Notes: generated by a model from the sequence alone, not told the origin. 64,000 nucleotides of DNA from Prevotella sp. UBA3675 (GCA_002372235.1 DFJI01000010.1:13773-77772), one strand, 5' to 3'; shown: positions 51,675 through 61,953, numbered from the stretch's first letter. Numbers and translations are program-made.

Positions 51675-51744
51675 GCATATAGGAAAGGATATTCACGAGT
51701 GTCCTTTTTTTGCACACATCGAGTTCCTTCCTTATTTGCCAACA

Positions 51745-51777
51745 GAAAGGGCGCTCCCGATTGTAGGAAGCGCCCTG
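51745..51777 (-). terminator. Intrinsic terminator after rpmB-rpmG-DUF4295
   Basis: Stem AGGGCGCT...AGCGCCCT. Confidence 0.65.
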
Positions 51778-51809
51778 TTCGTATCTAAGCGTTTAAAAAA
51801 TCAACCCGA

Positions 51810-51968
51810 TTAGTTCTTGAAGAAGTCCTTAACGGCCTCATTGGGAACCATCTGCTCATCGAAGATGTAAGCACCCGTCTTCGGGCTGCGTACCATCTTG
51901 ATCACCTTTGAATATGCGCGACCATCCTTCGAACCTTCGTGGAGGGTAGCAACGGTTTTCTTTGCCAT
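51810..51968 (-). CDS. DUF4295 family small protein (52 aa)
   Basis: Manual translation MAKKTVATLHEGSKDGRAYSKVIKMVRSPKTGAYIFDEQMVPNEAVKDFFKN*, in the usual Bacteroidetes position after rpmG. Not in the ORF track. Confidence 0.9.
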   Translation of the reverse strand: MAKKTVATLHEGSKDGRAYSKVIKMVRSPKTGAYIFDEQMVPNEAVKDFFKN

Positions 51969-51983
51969 GCGTCAGATCCTTTC

Positions 51984-52175
51984 TTACTTAATCTCCTTGT
52001 GAAGAGTCATCTTCTTCAGGATGGGGTTATACTTCATGAGTTCCATGCGCTCAGGCGTGTTCTTACGATTCTTGGTCGTAATGTAACGGCTGGTGCCGGG
52101 AACGCCGCTGGTCTTCATCTCGGTGCACTCCAGAATCACTTGGATGCGGTTACCCTTTGCTTTCTTGCTTGCCAT
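51984..52175 (-). CDS. rpmG: 50S ribosomal protein L33
   Basis: [12 protein letters not shown]...[23 protein letters not shown]. Confidence 0.97.
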   Translation of the reverse strand: MASKKAKGNRIQVILECTEMKTSGVPGTSRYITTKNRKNTPERMELMKYNPILKKMTLHKEIK

Positions 52176-52198
52176 GGTTATTCAGTCTCCTATTATGA

Positions 52199-52474
52199 TT
52201 AATTACCCCATGCAAAGACCTTCTTCTCAAGGTCGTTCCAAGTGAGGTAGCCCTTATCTACTGCCTGACGAATGGCAGCATCAAGTCCAACTTTATTAAT
52301 TAAACGCAAACCAGCAGCGCTGATTTTAAGATTAATCCAGCAATCCTGTTCTACCCAAAAGAACTTCTTGCTGAACAGGTTGACATCAAAGCTTCTCTTT
52401 GTGCGATGCTTTGAGTGAGACACATTATTACCAATCTGTGCCTTCTTGCCTGTGATTTGACAAACTTTCGACAT
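52199..52474 (-). CDS. rpmB: 50S ribosomal protein L28
   Basis: [10 protein letters not shown]...GNNVSHS..RTKR.F.VNL. Confidence 0.97.
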   Translation of the reverse strand: MSKVCQITGKKAQIGNNVSHSKHRTKRSFDVNLFSKKFFWVEQDCWINLKISAAGLRLINKVGLDAAIRQAVDKGYLTWNDLEKKVFAWGN

Positions 52475-52593
52475 TGCTATCTACTTTCTTTTGTTCCGTT
52501 AATTGATACTTACTCCAAACAGGGTGCAAAGGTACTAATTTTAATGAGAAATGAAGAATGAAGAATAAAGATTTCTCAAAACTTTAATGTTTT

Positions 52594-53109
52594 TTAACTC
52601 TCAGTTTCTATTTCTTCCACATCCTCTTGCTTCAGATAGTCGGAAAACATCTGAATAGCTTTGTTCGTGGCGATGGCCAGATTGATGTCGCGCCCGTGGT
52701 CTTCTTCCACTTTGCAGGTCACGATTTTCTCGGGTGAGCCGCAGGCCAGCCAGATAGTACCTACCGGGATTTCCTTGGTGCCTCCGCCAGGACCGGCAAA
52801 GCCTGTAGCGGCAATGGCATAGTCGGTGTTCAGCATCTTGCAGGCACCTTTCACCATCTCGACAGCCACTTCTTCGCACACAGCTGTCTTCTCCTCCAAC
52901 AGCTGATGCGACACTCCTAACAGATTCTCTTTCACCTCATTGACATAGCAGATAATGCCGCCCTTGAAATATTTCGAGGCTCCGGGTACTGCGATGATTG
53001 CTTCAGCAATACGTCCGCCCGTGCAGCTCTCTGCCGTAGCCACAGTTCTCTCTTTCTCCCACAGCAGTTGGCTTATCTCCCTGCTGATTATTTTTGCTTC
53101 AAAATCCAT
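52594..53109 (-). CDS. CinA C-terminal / PncC-family NMN deamidase
   Basis: TAESCTGG, PGASKYFKGG, K..LLGV, ATGFAGPGGG, PVGT. Confidence 0.9.
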   Translation of the reverse strand: MDFEAKIISREISQLLWEKERTVATAESCTGGRIAEAIIAVPGASKYFKGGIICYVNEVKENLLGVSHQLLEEKTAVCEEVAVEMVKGACKMLNTDYAIAATGFAGPGGGTKEIPVGTIWLACGSPEKIVTCKVEEDHGRDINLAIATNKAIQMFSDYLKQEDVEEIETES

Positions 53110-53169
53110 CTTATTTTATTTAGTGTTTTATTACGATTTACGATTCACCTCGCTCTTGCGCTCGGTGCT

Positions 53170-54198
53170 TTACTTAAATGTGACTTTGCTGAATGCAGGC
53201 GCATCGATGGGACAAAACTCCTTGTCCTGATACTTGAAATGGCCCACGATGCCTATCATGGCCGCATTATCGGTAGTATAGCTGAACTTGGGAATGTAGA
53301 TGGTCCAGCCGTAGCGTTGGGCGTGGTCCTTGAAGGCATTGCGCAGCCCATTGTTGGCACTCACGCCTCCTGCCACGGCCACGTGTTTGATGCCGGTCTG
53401 CTTCACGGCTTGGCGCAACTTCTTCATCAGGATGTCCACAATGGTCCATTCCAGCGAGGCGGCCAAGTCTTCCTTATGGTGCTCCACGAAGTCGGGATCA
53501 TCCTCCACCCACTTACGCAGATTATAGAGGAAGGATGTCTTCAATCCCGAGAAGCTGTAGTCCAACCCGGGTATGTGGGGCTCGGCAAACTGATATGCTT
53601 TCGGGTTGCCCTGCCGTGCCAGTCGGTCAATGACGGGTCCGCCCGGATAGCCCAGTCCCATCACTTTGGAACACTTGTCAATGGCTTCGCCGGCAGCATC
53701 GTCGATGGTCTGTCCCAGCACCTCCATATCGTTGTATGCGCGTACCAGCACGATTTGGGAGTTGCCACCCGACACCAACAGGCAGAGGAACGGGAATGGC
53801 GGCGGATTGAAGTCGCCCTCTCCCCCGTCTATGAAGTGGGCCATCACATGTCCTTGCAGGTGGTTCACGTCGATAAGCGGAATGCCCAGCGAACGGGCAA
53901 AGCCCTTGGCGAAGTTCACGCCCACGAGCAGCGATCCCATCAGACCGGGGCCGCGCGTGAAGGCCACAGCCGACAACTGCTCCTTCGTGATGCCTGCACG
54001 CTTGATGGCCTCGCTCACCACGGGCACCACGTTCTGCTGATGCGCTCTGCTGGCCAGTTCGGGCACCACGCCTCCGTAAGCCTCGTGTACGGCCTGCGAA
54101 GCGGTCACGTTCGACAGCAGCACCCCGTCTCTGAGCACGGCGGCTGATGTGTCGTCGCAGCTCGACTCTATACCTAATATATATACATGCTTATCCAT
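53170..54198 (-). CDS. tsaD: tRNA N6-threonylcarbamoyltransferase TsaD
   Basis: LGIESSCDDT, GGVVPELASRAH, NHLQGH, VSGG, DDAAGEA, TDNAAMI. Start placed at MDKHVY (54198). Confidence 0.97.
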   Translation of the reverse strand: MDKHVYILGIESSCDDTSAAVLRDGVLLSNVTASQAVHEAYGGVVPELASRAHQQNVVPVVSEAIKRAGITKEQLSAVAFTRGPGLMGSLLVGVNFAKGFARSLGIPLIDVNHLQGHVMAHFIDGGEGDFNPPPFPFLCLLVSGGNSQIVLVRAYNDMEVLGQTIDDAAGEAIDKCSKVMGLGYPGGPVIDRLARQGNPKAYQFAEPHIPGLDYSFSGLKTSFLYNLRKWVEDDPDFVEHHKEDLAASLEWTIVDILMKKLRQAVKQTGIKHVAVAGGVSANNGLRNAFKDHAQRYGWTIYIPKFSYTTDNAAMIGIVGHFKYQDKEFCPIDAPAFSKVTFK

Positions 54199-54309
54199 TG
54201 CTTTCTGATTTTGCGTGCAAAGGTAGCACATTTCGGCCATGTCACAAAAACTTTTCCGCTTTTTATGCAGTTAAGTGTTCTCAAGCAGCCGTTTTCGGGT
54301 CGAAAAGAA

Positions 54310-54377
54310 TCACCGCAAATGCCCGTATGACACTTGCGGTGACAGGTTGAGATGAGTTTTCCCTCAGAAAAACTCAC
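54310..54377 (-). terminator. Two hairpins downstream of araA (candidate terminator)
   Basis: TCACCGCAA...TTGCGGTGA and TGAGTTTT...AAAACTCA inverted repeats. Confidence 0.5.
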
Positions 54378-54391
54378 AGGAGTCGAAACGC

Positions 54392-55924
54392 TTACTTCAG
54401 CGCCTTGTTCAGCATGAAATAGACCTCGTTGTTGCGCAGGTTCTGCTTGAACTCGTAGGTCTTCGTGTCTTTGTTGATCTTGACATACTCGATGCCCAGC
54501 ATCTCAGCGAAGTCTTCCCAGTACTCCTCGGTGATGTCGTAGGAGAAGGCGCTGTGGTGCGTACCGCCAGCCAGGATCCAAGCGCCTGCGCCAATCTCGA
54601 ACGTGGGCTGTGGCACCCAGAGGGCTGAAGCCACGGGCAGGTTGGGCATGGGCTTCGGCTCGATGCACTCTACCTCCTGCGAAATGAGACGGAAGCGGTT
54701 GCCGAGGTCAACGACGGTAGCCTTGATGCCACGACCCGTCTTAGAGGTGAACACCAGACGGGCTGTCTGCTGCTTGCGGATACCGATGCCGAGGAAGTGC
54801 ACCTCGAGCTTGGGCTTATCGACTGCGATGAGCGGGCACACCTCGAGCATGTGGCTCTGCAGGCAGCTGGAGCGGTCGCCGGCGAAGTTGAGGGTGTAGT
54901 CCTCGAGGAACGAGCATCCTGTGGGCAGTCCCTGCTGCATCACCCAGAGTGTGCGATAGAGGCAAGCCGTCTTCCAGTCGCCCTCGGCACCGAAGCCGAT
55001 GCCCTCGGCCATGAGTCGCTGCGAAGCGAGACCGGGAATCTGATCGAAGCCGCAGAAGTCGGGAGCATCGATGTCGGCATCGCCCAGGTCGTCGAAGTTG
55101 GTGGTGAAGGCAGTAGCGCCCTCGTCCTTCAGCACGCGGCGCAGGGCAATCTCAGCCTTGGCTGCATTGTGCACCTTCTGCCAATAGACCTCCTCGCCGC
55201 TCTCGTCGATCTTGATGGTGTAGAGCTTCTTGTACTCCTCCACCAGCTCGTCGGCCTCCTTGTCGGTCACCTTCTTGAAGTAGTCCATCAGCGAGCTGAC
55301 GGGATAGTAGTCAACATGATAGCCCAGACGCTGCTCGAACTCCACGCGGTCGCCGTCGGTCACGGCCACGTTGTTCATGTTCATGCCGAACATCAGGCAG
55401 CGCACGTTGTGGGCATCGGCCACACCGGCAGCCACGCGGGCCCATACGGCAATCTGCTTCTGAGCCTGCTCGTCCTTCCAGTAGCCGCACACCACCTTAC
55501 GGGGAACGCGCATGCGAGTGCAGATGTGTCCGAACTCGATGTCGCCGTGGGCGCTCTGGTTCAGGTTCATGAAGTCCATGTCCATCGTCTCCCAGGGAAT
55601 CTCGGCATTATACTGAGTGTGGAAGTGCAGCATGGGCTTCTTCAGAGCCTGCAGGCCCTTGATCCACATCTTGGCAGGCGAGAAGGTGTGCATCCAGGTG
55701 ATGATACCGATACACTTCTCCTCGTTGTTGGCGGCGAGCATCACCTGCTCCACTTCTTTTGAGCTGTTAGCCGTGCCCTTATAGACAATCTTCACGGGAA
55801 TGTTGCCGCTGGCGTTCAGGCCCTCGACCATCTCCTTTGAATGTCCGTCAACTGCAACAACGGCATCGCCTCCGTAAAGGAGCTGTGCACCAGTTACCCA
55901 CCAAATTTCCAAATCTTTGAACAT
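54392..55924 (-). CDS. araA: L-arabinose isomerase
   Basis: WMHTFSPAKMW, MNLNQSAHGD, GFGAEGDWK, FLEDY, HMLEVCP, AGGTHH. Confidence 0.97.
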   Translation of the reverse strand: MFKDLEIWWVTGAQLLYGGDAVVAVDGHSKEMVEGLNASGNIPVKIVYKGTANSSKEVEQVMLAANNEEKCIGIITWMHTFSPAKMWIKGLQALKKPMLHFHTQYNAEIPWETMDMDFMNLNQSAHGDIEFGHICTRMRVPRKVVCGYWKDEQAQKQIAVWARVAAGVADAHNVRCLMFGMNMNNVAVTDGDRVEFEQRLGYHVDYYPVSSLMDYFKKVTDKEADELVEEYKKLYTIKIDESGEEVYWQKVHNAAKAEIALRRVLKDEGATAFTTNFDDLGDADIDAPDFCGFDQIPGLASQRLMAEGIGFGAEGDWKTACLYRTLWVMQQGLPTGCSFLEDYTLNFAGDRSSCLQSHMLEVCPLIAVDKPKLEVHFLGIGIRKQQTARLVFTSKTGRGIKATVVDLGNRFRLISQEVECIEPKPMPNLPVASALWVPQPTFEIGAGAWILAGGTHHSAFSYDITEEYWEDFAEMLGIEYVKINKDTKTYEFKQNLRNNEVYFMLNKALK

Positions 55925-56014
55925 TGTAGTAAGCCCCCCCTTAACCCTCCCAACAGGGAGGAAGACCGTAACAGGGACTTGGGTCTTTAGTTATTGAAAT
56001 ATATTTGTTTATTG

Positions 56015-56374
56015 TTATTCCTTCTTACGGAGTTTCAAGGACGTACAATAATCCCATGAGCCAAAGCTGCTCCAGCCACTCGACCACTGTTCGCCAGGCT
56101 TGAGCGTGATGTCTTGTCTAAAATATTTGTCGGTGTAAAGATGAATACAATCTTCGTCGACTCGCAGAAAATAGAAAGTGTAAGACTCATAGCCGCCGTA
56201 GCTGCCATAGTTTCCCTGTGGCGTCCATTTGGGCGATTTGTTCTCTATCAAATCGCTAACCGGACAAGTAAAGGTTTCTGTGCCACCCATGTCGCGGCCT
56301 GTCACCTCGCACTCTTTTGAACTTTCTGCTTCGAGAACCAGTTCATATTCATTCCAATTTACAGCCATAGTCAA
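56015..56374 (-). CDS. Hypothetical protein (119 aa)
   Basis: Fills the intergenic gap in operon orientation, with a TATTTTTG -7 element at 56408-56415. No family recognised. Confidence 0.65.
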   Translation of the reverse strand: MTMAVNWNEYELVLEAESSKECEVTGRDMGGTETFTCPVSDLIENKSPKWTPQGNYGSYGGYESYTFYFLRVDEDCIHLYTDKYFRQDITLKPGEQWSSGWSSFGSWDYCTSLKLRKKE

Positions 56375-56557
56375 AGATGCTTATGATTCGATTGTTTTTC
56401 TTGGTTGCAAAAATAAGAAATTATGCCGACATACAAAAACTATTTAAGATTCTAAAAGTTAAAAAAGCAGAAAAAGAGCAATGCAATGACGGGCAACTGG
56501 AAAACAACACCCATTAGCAAAGTGAGCGAAACAAATTCGTTTCAAAATTCTATCTGC

Positions 56558-56592
56558 AAAACCGTGGCAGGAAATATCCTGCCACGGTTTTT
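56558..56592. terminator. Intrinsic terminator inside the ara cluster
   Basis: Perfect stem AAAACCGTGGCAGGA-AATA-TCCTGCCACGGTTTT. Confidence 0.8.
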
Positions 56593-56617
56593 ACAGTTTT
56601 TTTCACCTTCAGTAGTT

Positions 56618-57532
56618 TCAAATCAGGCCATTCCTCACGGCATAATCCCAGGCATCATGGTCTATCTGCTGCATGGTGCGAACATCTGGAGGAAGGTCGC
56701 TTGTACGAACGAAATGCGGCTTGCTCTGGAAAGCCTCTTTGTCGCGAGAGCCATAGAGATTTTCACGCCACGAGATGATGAGTTCAAGCGAGAACGTGTA
56801 ATCAGGACGGTGTCCTGGCTCCCATGTGTGCGTCGGCTTTACAGGTATGTCCTTTTCCAATGGCACAGCATGCTGTTTGTTGGGCGACATGCTCAACGTG
56901 AACTGCTGGTCACGGTAACGGACGACCAACTCATACTCGTCGACATGCTCCACAATGACTGGCGCTACAGGACACTCGGCATCGTCTTCGAGCGAGAAAT
57001 GCCAAGGAAGATACCAGTTGAGGTCGTCGCCCACATGGACATCGTCAATATCGAACGAATAGTCGCGCCCGTTCCACCCAGGAGTAAAAACGATTTTGAA
57101 ATCCAGATGATTCCACTCACGCCGCTGCCCCGTAACAGAACAAGGAACAACCGTCGTTTCTTCGTCTTTGGTATACCGGACGCTGCCATTAGAGACGTAT
57201 GGCATGTAGCGCACGGCAGAGACATCGCCAAGTTTGTTAGACGATTCAAGGTTGCCCCAATAGAACAGATTCCTGATTCTGTTATTGAAACTATTACTAT
57301 CGCTTGCCGACATGACACGCACGGGCAAGGAAAGGGTATTCAGTTGAAACCACTCGTCGCAGGCATCGATCTGGTACTGAAACAGAAACCCACGGTCGTG
57401 ACTGAAGCCGTAGTCACTGGGTCCAAACAGTTCGTCGGCCCATTTCTCGAGACGCTTGCTGATAGACAGCGCACTCTCGAAACAAATACGACTAATCTGA
57501 CTGACAATTTTCTCTTGCTCTTGCTGTGTCAT
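56618..57532 (-). CDS. Hypothetical protein (304 aa)
   Basis: Starts 27 bp after the araD stop with an AT-rich AATTATG context and is followed by a terminator. No family recognised. Confidence 0.7.
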   Translation of the reverse strand: MTQQEQEKIVSQISRICFESALSISKRLEKWADELFGPSDYGFSHDRGFLFQYQIDACDEWFQLNTLSLPVRVMSASDSNSFNNRIRNLFYWGNLESSNKLGDVSAVRYMPYVSNGSVRYTKDEETTVVPCSVTGQRREWNHLDFKIVFTPGWNGRDYSFDIDDVHVGDDLNWYLPWHFSLEDDAECPVAPVIVEHVDEYELVVRYRDQQFTLSMSPNKQHAVPLEKDIPVKPTHTWEPGHRPDYTFSLELIISWRENLYGSRDKEAFQSKPHFVRTSDLPPDVRTMQQIDHDAWDYAVRNGLI

Positions 57533-57559
57533 AATTCTATCGGCAGGTGGGTCATGATA

Positions 57560-58270
57560 TTAATGCTTCTGGCCTTTCTGTCCGTAGTAGGCGTTGGGGC
57601 CGTGCTTGCGGTTGTAGTGCTTCTCTACGAGCAAGGGGTTCATCGTGGTGTTGGGGTTCACCGAGAAGCTGACGAAGGCCATCTTGGCACACTGCTCCAT
57701 CACCTTGGCGTTATAGACGGCATTGTCGGGCGACGTGCCCCATGAGAAGGGGCCGTGGTTCTTCACCAGCACGGCAGGTGTGTGGTCGGGATTGATCTTG
57801 CGGATGTTCAGAATCTCATCGACGATCACGTTGCCCGTCTCCAATTCGTACTGTCCTTCCACCTCTTCCTTCGTCATGTCGCGCGTGCAGGGTATGTCCT
57901 TGTAGAAGTAGTCGGCATGCGTGGTTCCGATGTTGGGAATGTCGCGGCCAGCCTGAGCGAAGGCCGTGGCATAGGTGGAGTGTGTGTGCACTACGCCCTG
58001 GATATTGGGGAATGCCTTATATAATACAAGGTGCGTGGGTGTGTCGCTCGAGGGGTTGAGCTCGCCCTCGACCACCTTGCCGGTTTCCAAATCGACCACC
58101 ACCATGTCCTCAGCCTTCATGTCGTCGTAGCTGACTCCTGAGGGTTTGATAACGACGAGGCCCTTCTCGCGGTCTATGCCAGAGACGTTGCCCCAAGTGA
58201 AGATGACCAATCCCTGTTTCACGAGATCGAGATTAGCCTTAAATACTTTTTGTTTCAGTTCTTCTAACAT
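57560..58270 (-). CDS. araD: L-ribulose-5-phosphate 4-epimerase
   Basis: [41 protein letters not shown]. Confidence 0.97.
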   Translation of the reverse strand: MLEELKQKVFKANLDLVKQGLVIFTWGNVSGIDREKGLVVIKPSGVSYDDMKAEDMVVVDLETGKVVEGELNPSSDTPTHLVLYKAFPNIQGVVHTHSTYATAFAQAGRDIPNIGTTHADYFYKDIPCTRDMTKEEVEGQYELETGNVIVDEILNIRKINPDHTPAVLVKNHGPFSWGTSPDNAVYNAKVMEQCAKMAFVSFSVNPNTTMNPLLVEKHYNRKHGPNAYYGQKGQKH

Positions 58271-58286
58271 ATCTTTCTTCTTTTAG

Positions 58287-58958
58287 TCACAGTTTAAAGT
58301 TCGGATCTTCTTTATAGACGTTGTCGTTGAAGCGATAGAGATAGGCACCTCGCTTAGAGCCTTTCTTGTCTATCTTGTCGGTCTTCTGGATGAAGTCCAT
58401 CTCCTTGATGCGCTTGCGGAAGTTGCGCTTGTCAATCTCGTGGCCCACCACGGACTCGTAGAGCCGCTGCAGCTGTGTGAGGGTGAACAGCTCGGGCAGG
58501 AGCTTGAATCCGATGGGCTCGGTGCGTATCTTCTGCATCATCAGCCGCCACGCCTTGTCCACCATCTCGTTGTGGTCGGAATAGAGATGGGGCAGCTCGT
58601 CAGAGCTCACCCACTCCACTCCATGCTCCTTCTGGAGCTCTTCGTTGTAGTCCTTCACGTTGATGAGGGCATAGTAGGCCACTGAGATGACGCGCTCGCC
58701 CGGGTCGCGATTCACCCTGCCGAAGGTTTCCACCTGCCGCATGAACACGTCTTTCATGCCCGTCAGTTCGTAGAGTGTGCGCCGGGCGGCATCGTCCAGA
58801 CTCTCGTCGGCAGCCACGAAGCCGCCGTAGAGGCTCCACTCCCCTCGTCCGGGGTCCATCTGGCGACGGCCTATGAGCACCTTCAGCTTTCCTTCGTCGA
58901 AGCCGAAGATGATGCAGTCCACCGACACCCAGACTTTTGAATATTCGTTATAATACAT
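58287..58958 (-). CDS. araR: NrtR-family NUDIX-wHTH transcriptional regulator (AraR)
   Basis: SVDCIIFGF, GGFV...ESLDDAARR.L.ELTG, RDPGERV, FTLTQLQ.LYE, DKRNFRK. Located in the ara cluster as in Bacteroides. Confidence 0.88.
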   Translation of the reverse strand: MYYNEYSKVWVSVDCIIFGFDEGKLKVLIGRRQMDPGRGEWSLYGGFVAADESLDDAARRTLYELTGMKDVFMRQVETFGRVNRDPGERVISVAYYALINVKDYNEELQKEHGVEWVSSDELPHLYSDHNEMVDKAWRLMMQKIRTEPIGFKLLPELFTLTQLQRLYESVVGHEIDKRNFRKRIKEMDFIQKTDKIDKKGSKRGAYLYRFNDNVYKEDPNFKL

Positions 58959-58979
58959 TCAATGTTCAACGTAAAGACA

Positions 58980-60725
58980 TTACCAGAAATAGGCATAGAA
59001 GCAAGCGCAGAGGCCGATTACGATCAGGGTGCCCACGATGTCGAAGGTGCCCCAGCTCTCCTTGATCGACTTCTTGAAGTCAGCCGAGAAGGTGATGGCA
59101 TCGACCTGAGCCTTGGTAGGTGCAGGCGTGAAGCAGCTCACGCAGACCATGAGGCAGATGATGAACACGAGCAGCCAGCACTCGAAGATGAGCCAGTTGG
59201 TCTGCCAGAACCATGTGGTGTTCTCCCAGAAGGCACCTTCCATAGCGGCCTTGCCCGAGTCAGTGATCACGTTGGTCACGAGGCGAATCATGCCCACGCA
59301 GAAGCCGCCAATGAGGCCCCACTCACCTGCCTTAGGCGTAATCTTCTTAGAGAAGATGCCGAGCGTGAACACAGCCACCATAGCGGGGGCGATGAGCGAC
59401 TGAATGTCCTGCAGATAGCTGTAGAGGTTGCCCATCGACATCATGACAGGCATCCAGGCCAGACCGAGAATCACGACCACGACCGTAGCCATACGGCCTA
59501 CGAACACGTAGTGGGCCTCGCTCATGCCTTTCTTCATGGGCTTGTAGAAGTCCTCGGTGAAGAGCGTGGCGCAGCTGTTGAAGAAGGCGGCCAGCGATGC
59601 AACGAGGGCGCACACGAAACCGATGGTCACGATGCCCTTGATGCCGGCAGGCAGGATGTTCTTCACCATCATGGCGAAGGCGCCGTCGGTTGACTCGTGG
59701 TTGGTGATGTCCATCACGATGCCGCTGTCAGGATTCTGCGACAGGGCATAGGCAATCATGCCGGGGATGAGGAACATGAAGCAGGGCAGAATCTTGAAGA
59801 AGCCTGCTGCGATGGTACCGCGACGGGCGCGCTTCATCACTTCGGCATTGTCCTCGCCGGGCACCTGACCCAGTACACGCTGCACGATGTGCTGGTCGGT
59901 ACACCAGTACCAGAAGCCGATGATGGAGGCTCCGAGGAACACCACATAGCCCGGGAATTGGGGATACATGGGGTCGCCCGGATCGGTGTGGAACATGTGG
60001 GTGGTGCCGTAGCCCTCGTGGGCTGCATTACACACGGCCATCATGTTCTCCCATCCGGCTGTGATGCTGCCGCCGCCCAAGGCCGAGAGGCCGAGGAAGA
60101 GCACGAGGAAGGAGCCTATAATAAGAATAGGTGTCTGAATGGTGCTGAGGGTCATCACGCCCTTCATGCCGCCGAACACGGTGAACACGGCTGTGATGGC
60201 AATCAGGCCGATGGCTCCATACCAGAAAGGTATGCCGAGCAGATACTTGAAGAAGATGCCGCCCGTGAAAGCGGTGACCGACACCTTGGTGAGCACATAG
60301 GCCACGAGGGTGATGATGCTGAGCCACGAGCCCGTGCGCTGGGTGTAGCGGAACTTCAGGAAGTCGGGCATGGTGATGATCTTGCCCATCTTGTTGATGA
60401 GCAGCTGATAGAAGGGCACGAACAGCCAGCCGAGAATCAGGATCATCCAGCCCTGCATCTCCCAGTGGGCCATGCCCACGCCGTCCTTGGCACCTGTTCC
60501 GGCCAAGCCCACAAGGTGCTCCGAGCCGATGTTGGCGGCAAAGATGGCCATACCGATCACATACCAGGGCTCGCCCTTACCGAAGAGGTAAGCCGACGAG
60601 TCTTCGCCCTGCTGGGCTTTCTTGTCTTTCCAGATGGCATACCACACGGCTGCCACCACTCCACACAGGCCGACGATGAGCACCACCCAGTCGAGCCAGA
60701 TAAATTCATGTGAACTCCAGTTCAT
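58980..60725 (-). CDS. Sodium:solute symporter (putative arabinose permease AraP)
   Basis: FAANIGSEHLVGLAG, TMPDFL..R, WYWCTDQHIVQRVL, NSCATLFT.D SGLT-type motifs. Confidence 0.92.
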   Translation of the reverse strand: MNWSSHEFIWLDWVVLIVGLCGVVAAVWYAIWKDKKAQQGEDSSAYLFGKGEPWYVIGMAIFAANIGSEHLVGLAGTGAKDGVGMAHWEMQGWMILILGWLFVPFYQLLINKMGKIITMPDFLKFRYTQRTGSWLSIITLVAYVLTKVSVTAFTGGIFFKYLLGIPFWYGAIGLIAITAVFTVFGGMKGVMTLSTIQTPILIIGSFLVLFLGLSALGGGSITAGWENMMAVCNAAHEGYGTTHMFHTDPGDPMYPQFPGYVVFLGASIIGFWYWCTDQHIVQRVLGQVPGEDNAEVMKRARRGTIAAGFFKILPCFMFLIPGMIAYALSQNPDSGIVMDITNHESTDGAFAMMVKNILPAGIKGIVTIGFVCALVASLAAFFNSCATLFTEDFYKPMKKGMSEAHYVFVGRMATVVVVILGLAWMPVMMSMGNLYSYLQDIQSLIAPAMVAVFTLGIFSKKITPKAGEWGLIGGFCVGMIRLVTNVITDSGKAAMEGAFWENTTWFWQTNWLIFECWLLVFIICLMVCVSCFTPAPTKAQVDAITFSADFKKSIKESWGTFDIVGTLIVIGLCACFYAYFW

Positions 60726-60762
60726 TTTCTTACTATTCGTTTATTTGTTGATGATTCGTTAT

Positions 60763-61953
60763 TTACTTGATTGAGAACTTATAGGCAGCGTGGCTGTAGT
60801 AAGGCTTCTCGGGTGTGACCACCGGGCTGGCCCACTCAGGATGGTTGGGGCTGTCGGGATATTTCTGGCTCTCCAGGCACACGCTCACGTGCTGCGGATA
60901 CTTCTTGCCCAGCTTGCGCACGATGTTCTCTTCGCCGCCTACGCCCTGGAAGTTGCCGCTATAGACCTGCACGCCGGGCTCGTTGGTGAACATCTCCATG
61001 AAGATGCCCGTGCGGGGGCTGTAGAGCGAGGCGCACACCTGCGTGTCGTCGCCAGCCGTGTTGAGGCACCAGTTGTGGTCGTAGCCGTGTGCGTTCTTTA
61101 TCTGATAGTAGTCTGAATGGATGGAGTCGCCCACGGCATGAGGTGTGCGGAAGTCCATCGGGGTGCCCTCCACGGGAAGAATCTTGCCGGTGGGCATGTA
61201 GCTGAAGTCTGCCTCGGTGAAGGAGTCGGCATTCACGTAGAGCACCTGATCGTAGGCAGCGTTCTCCAGGTCGCCCGAGAGGTTATAGTAGTTGTGGTTC
61301 GTCTGGTTGATGATGGTAGGCTTGTCGGTCGTGGCCTCCCACACGATGTCTAGCACGTTGTCGGCTGTCACCTTATAAGTGGTCGTGGCCACCACGTTGC
61401 CGGGGAATCCGTTCTCTCCGTCGGCAGCCTTGATCTGCAGTTTCAGCACCGAGTCGTTGGCCTCCACCACGTCATACACCTGGTTCATCCATCCCGTAGC
61501 GCCGCCCCCGTGCAGGCAGTGAGTGCGCGTGTCGCCCTCGTGGGGATCGTTCTGCCGCAGCTGATAGGTCACTCCGCCGAGTGCGAACTTGCCGTCGCAG
61601 ATGCGGTTGGCATAGCGGCCTACGCTGGATCCGTAGTCGGTGGGCGAGTTGAGCGTGTCGGCATACTGGGCTATGTTGTCGAAGCCGAGCACCACGTCGG
61701 TGGGCTTGCCGTCCTTGTCGTTCACCACGAGGCTCACCACGCGCCCGCCGTAGTTGGTGATGCACACCTCCATACCGCTCTCGTTCTTGAGCGTGTAGAG
61801 CTTCACCTCCTTATTATTAATGAGGGTGTCGAACTTAGCGGCATCGAGTCCCGACTTGGTGAGTGTGGTCTCCTGCTGCTGACCGCCGGCGCAGGCCGAC
61901 ATCATGAGTGCCATTGCACCGATGCAGAGCAACGAGTTTTTAGCTGTTTTCAT
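60763..61953 (-). CDS. Aldose 1-epimerase lipoprotein (AraM-like mutarotase)
   Basis: Lipobox MSAC; GRYANRI, LHGG, NQTNHNYYNL, GYDHNW, TNEPGVQVY, LESQKYPDSPN. Confidence 0.9.
   Translation of the reverse strand: MKTAKNSLLCIGAMALMMSACAGGQQQETTLTKSGLDAAKFDTLINNKEVKLYTLKNESGMEVCITNYGGRVVSLVVNDKDGKPTDVVLGFDNIAQYADTLNSPTDYGSSVGRYANRICDGKFALGGVTYQLRQNDPHEGDTRTHCLHGGGATGWMNQVYDVVEANDSVLKLQIKAADGENGFPGNVVATTTYKVTADNVLDIVWEATTDKPTIINQTNHNYYNLSGDLENAAYDQVLYVNADSFTEADFSYMPTGKILPVEGTPMDFRTPHAVGDSIHSDYYQIKNAHGYDHNWCLNTAGDDTQVCASLYSPRTGIFMEMFTNEPGVQVYSGNFQGVGGEENIVRKLGKKYPQHVSVCLESQKYPDSPNHPEWASPVVTPEKPYYSHAAYKFSIK

Noticed and set aside
53068-54147. 359-aa plus-strand ORF, and similar long ORFs at 54797, 58962, 59697, 16467 and 41907
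   Set aside because: Antisense shadows of well-supported genes (tsaD, araA, SSS transporter, MBL, DAGK), as expected with GC-rich codon bias.
56486-57745. 419-aa plus-strand ORF
   Set aside because: Antisense to the 304-aa ORF and araD. The minus-strand gene has operon context, a start context and a terminator; the plus ORF has no recognisable motifs.
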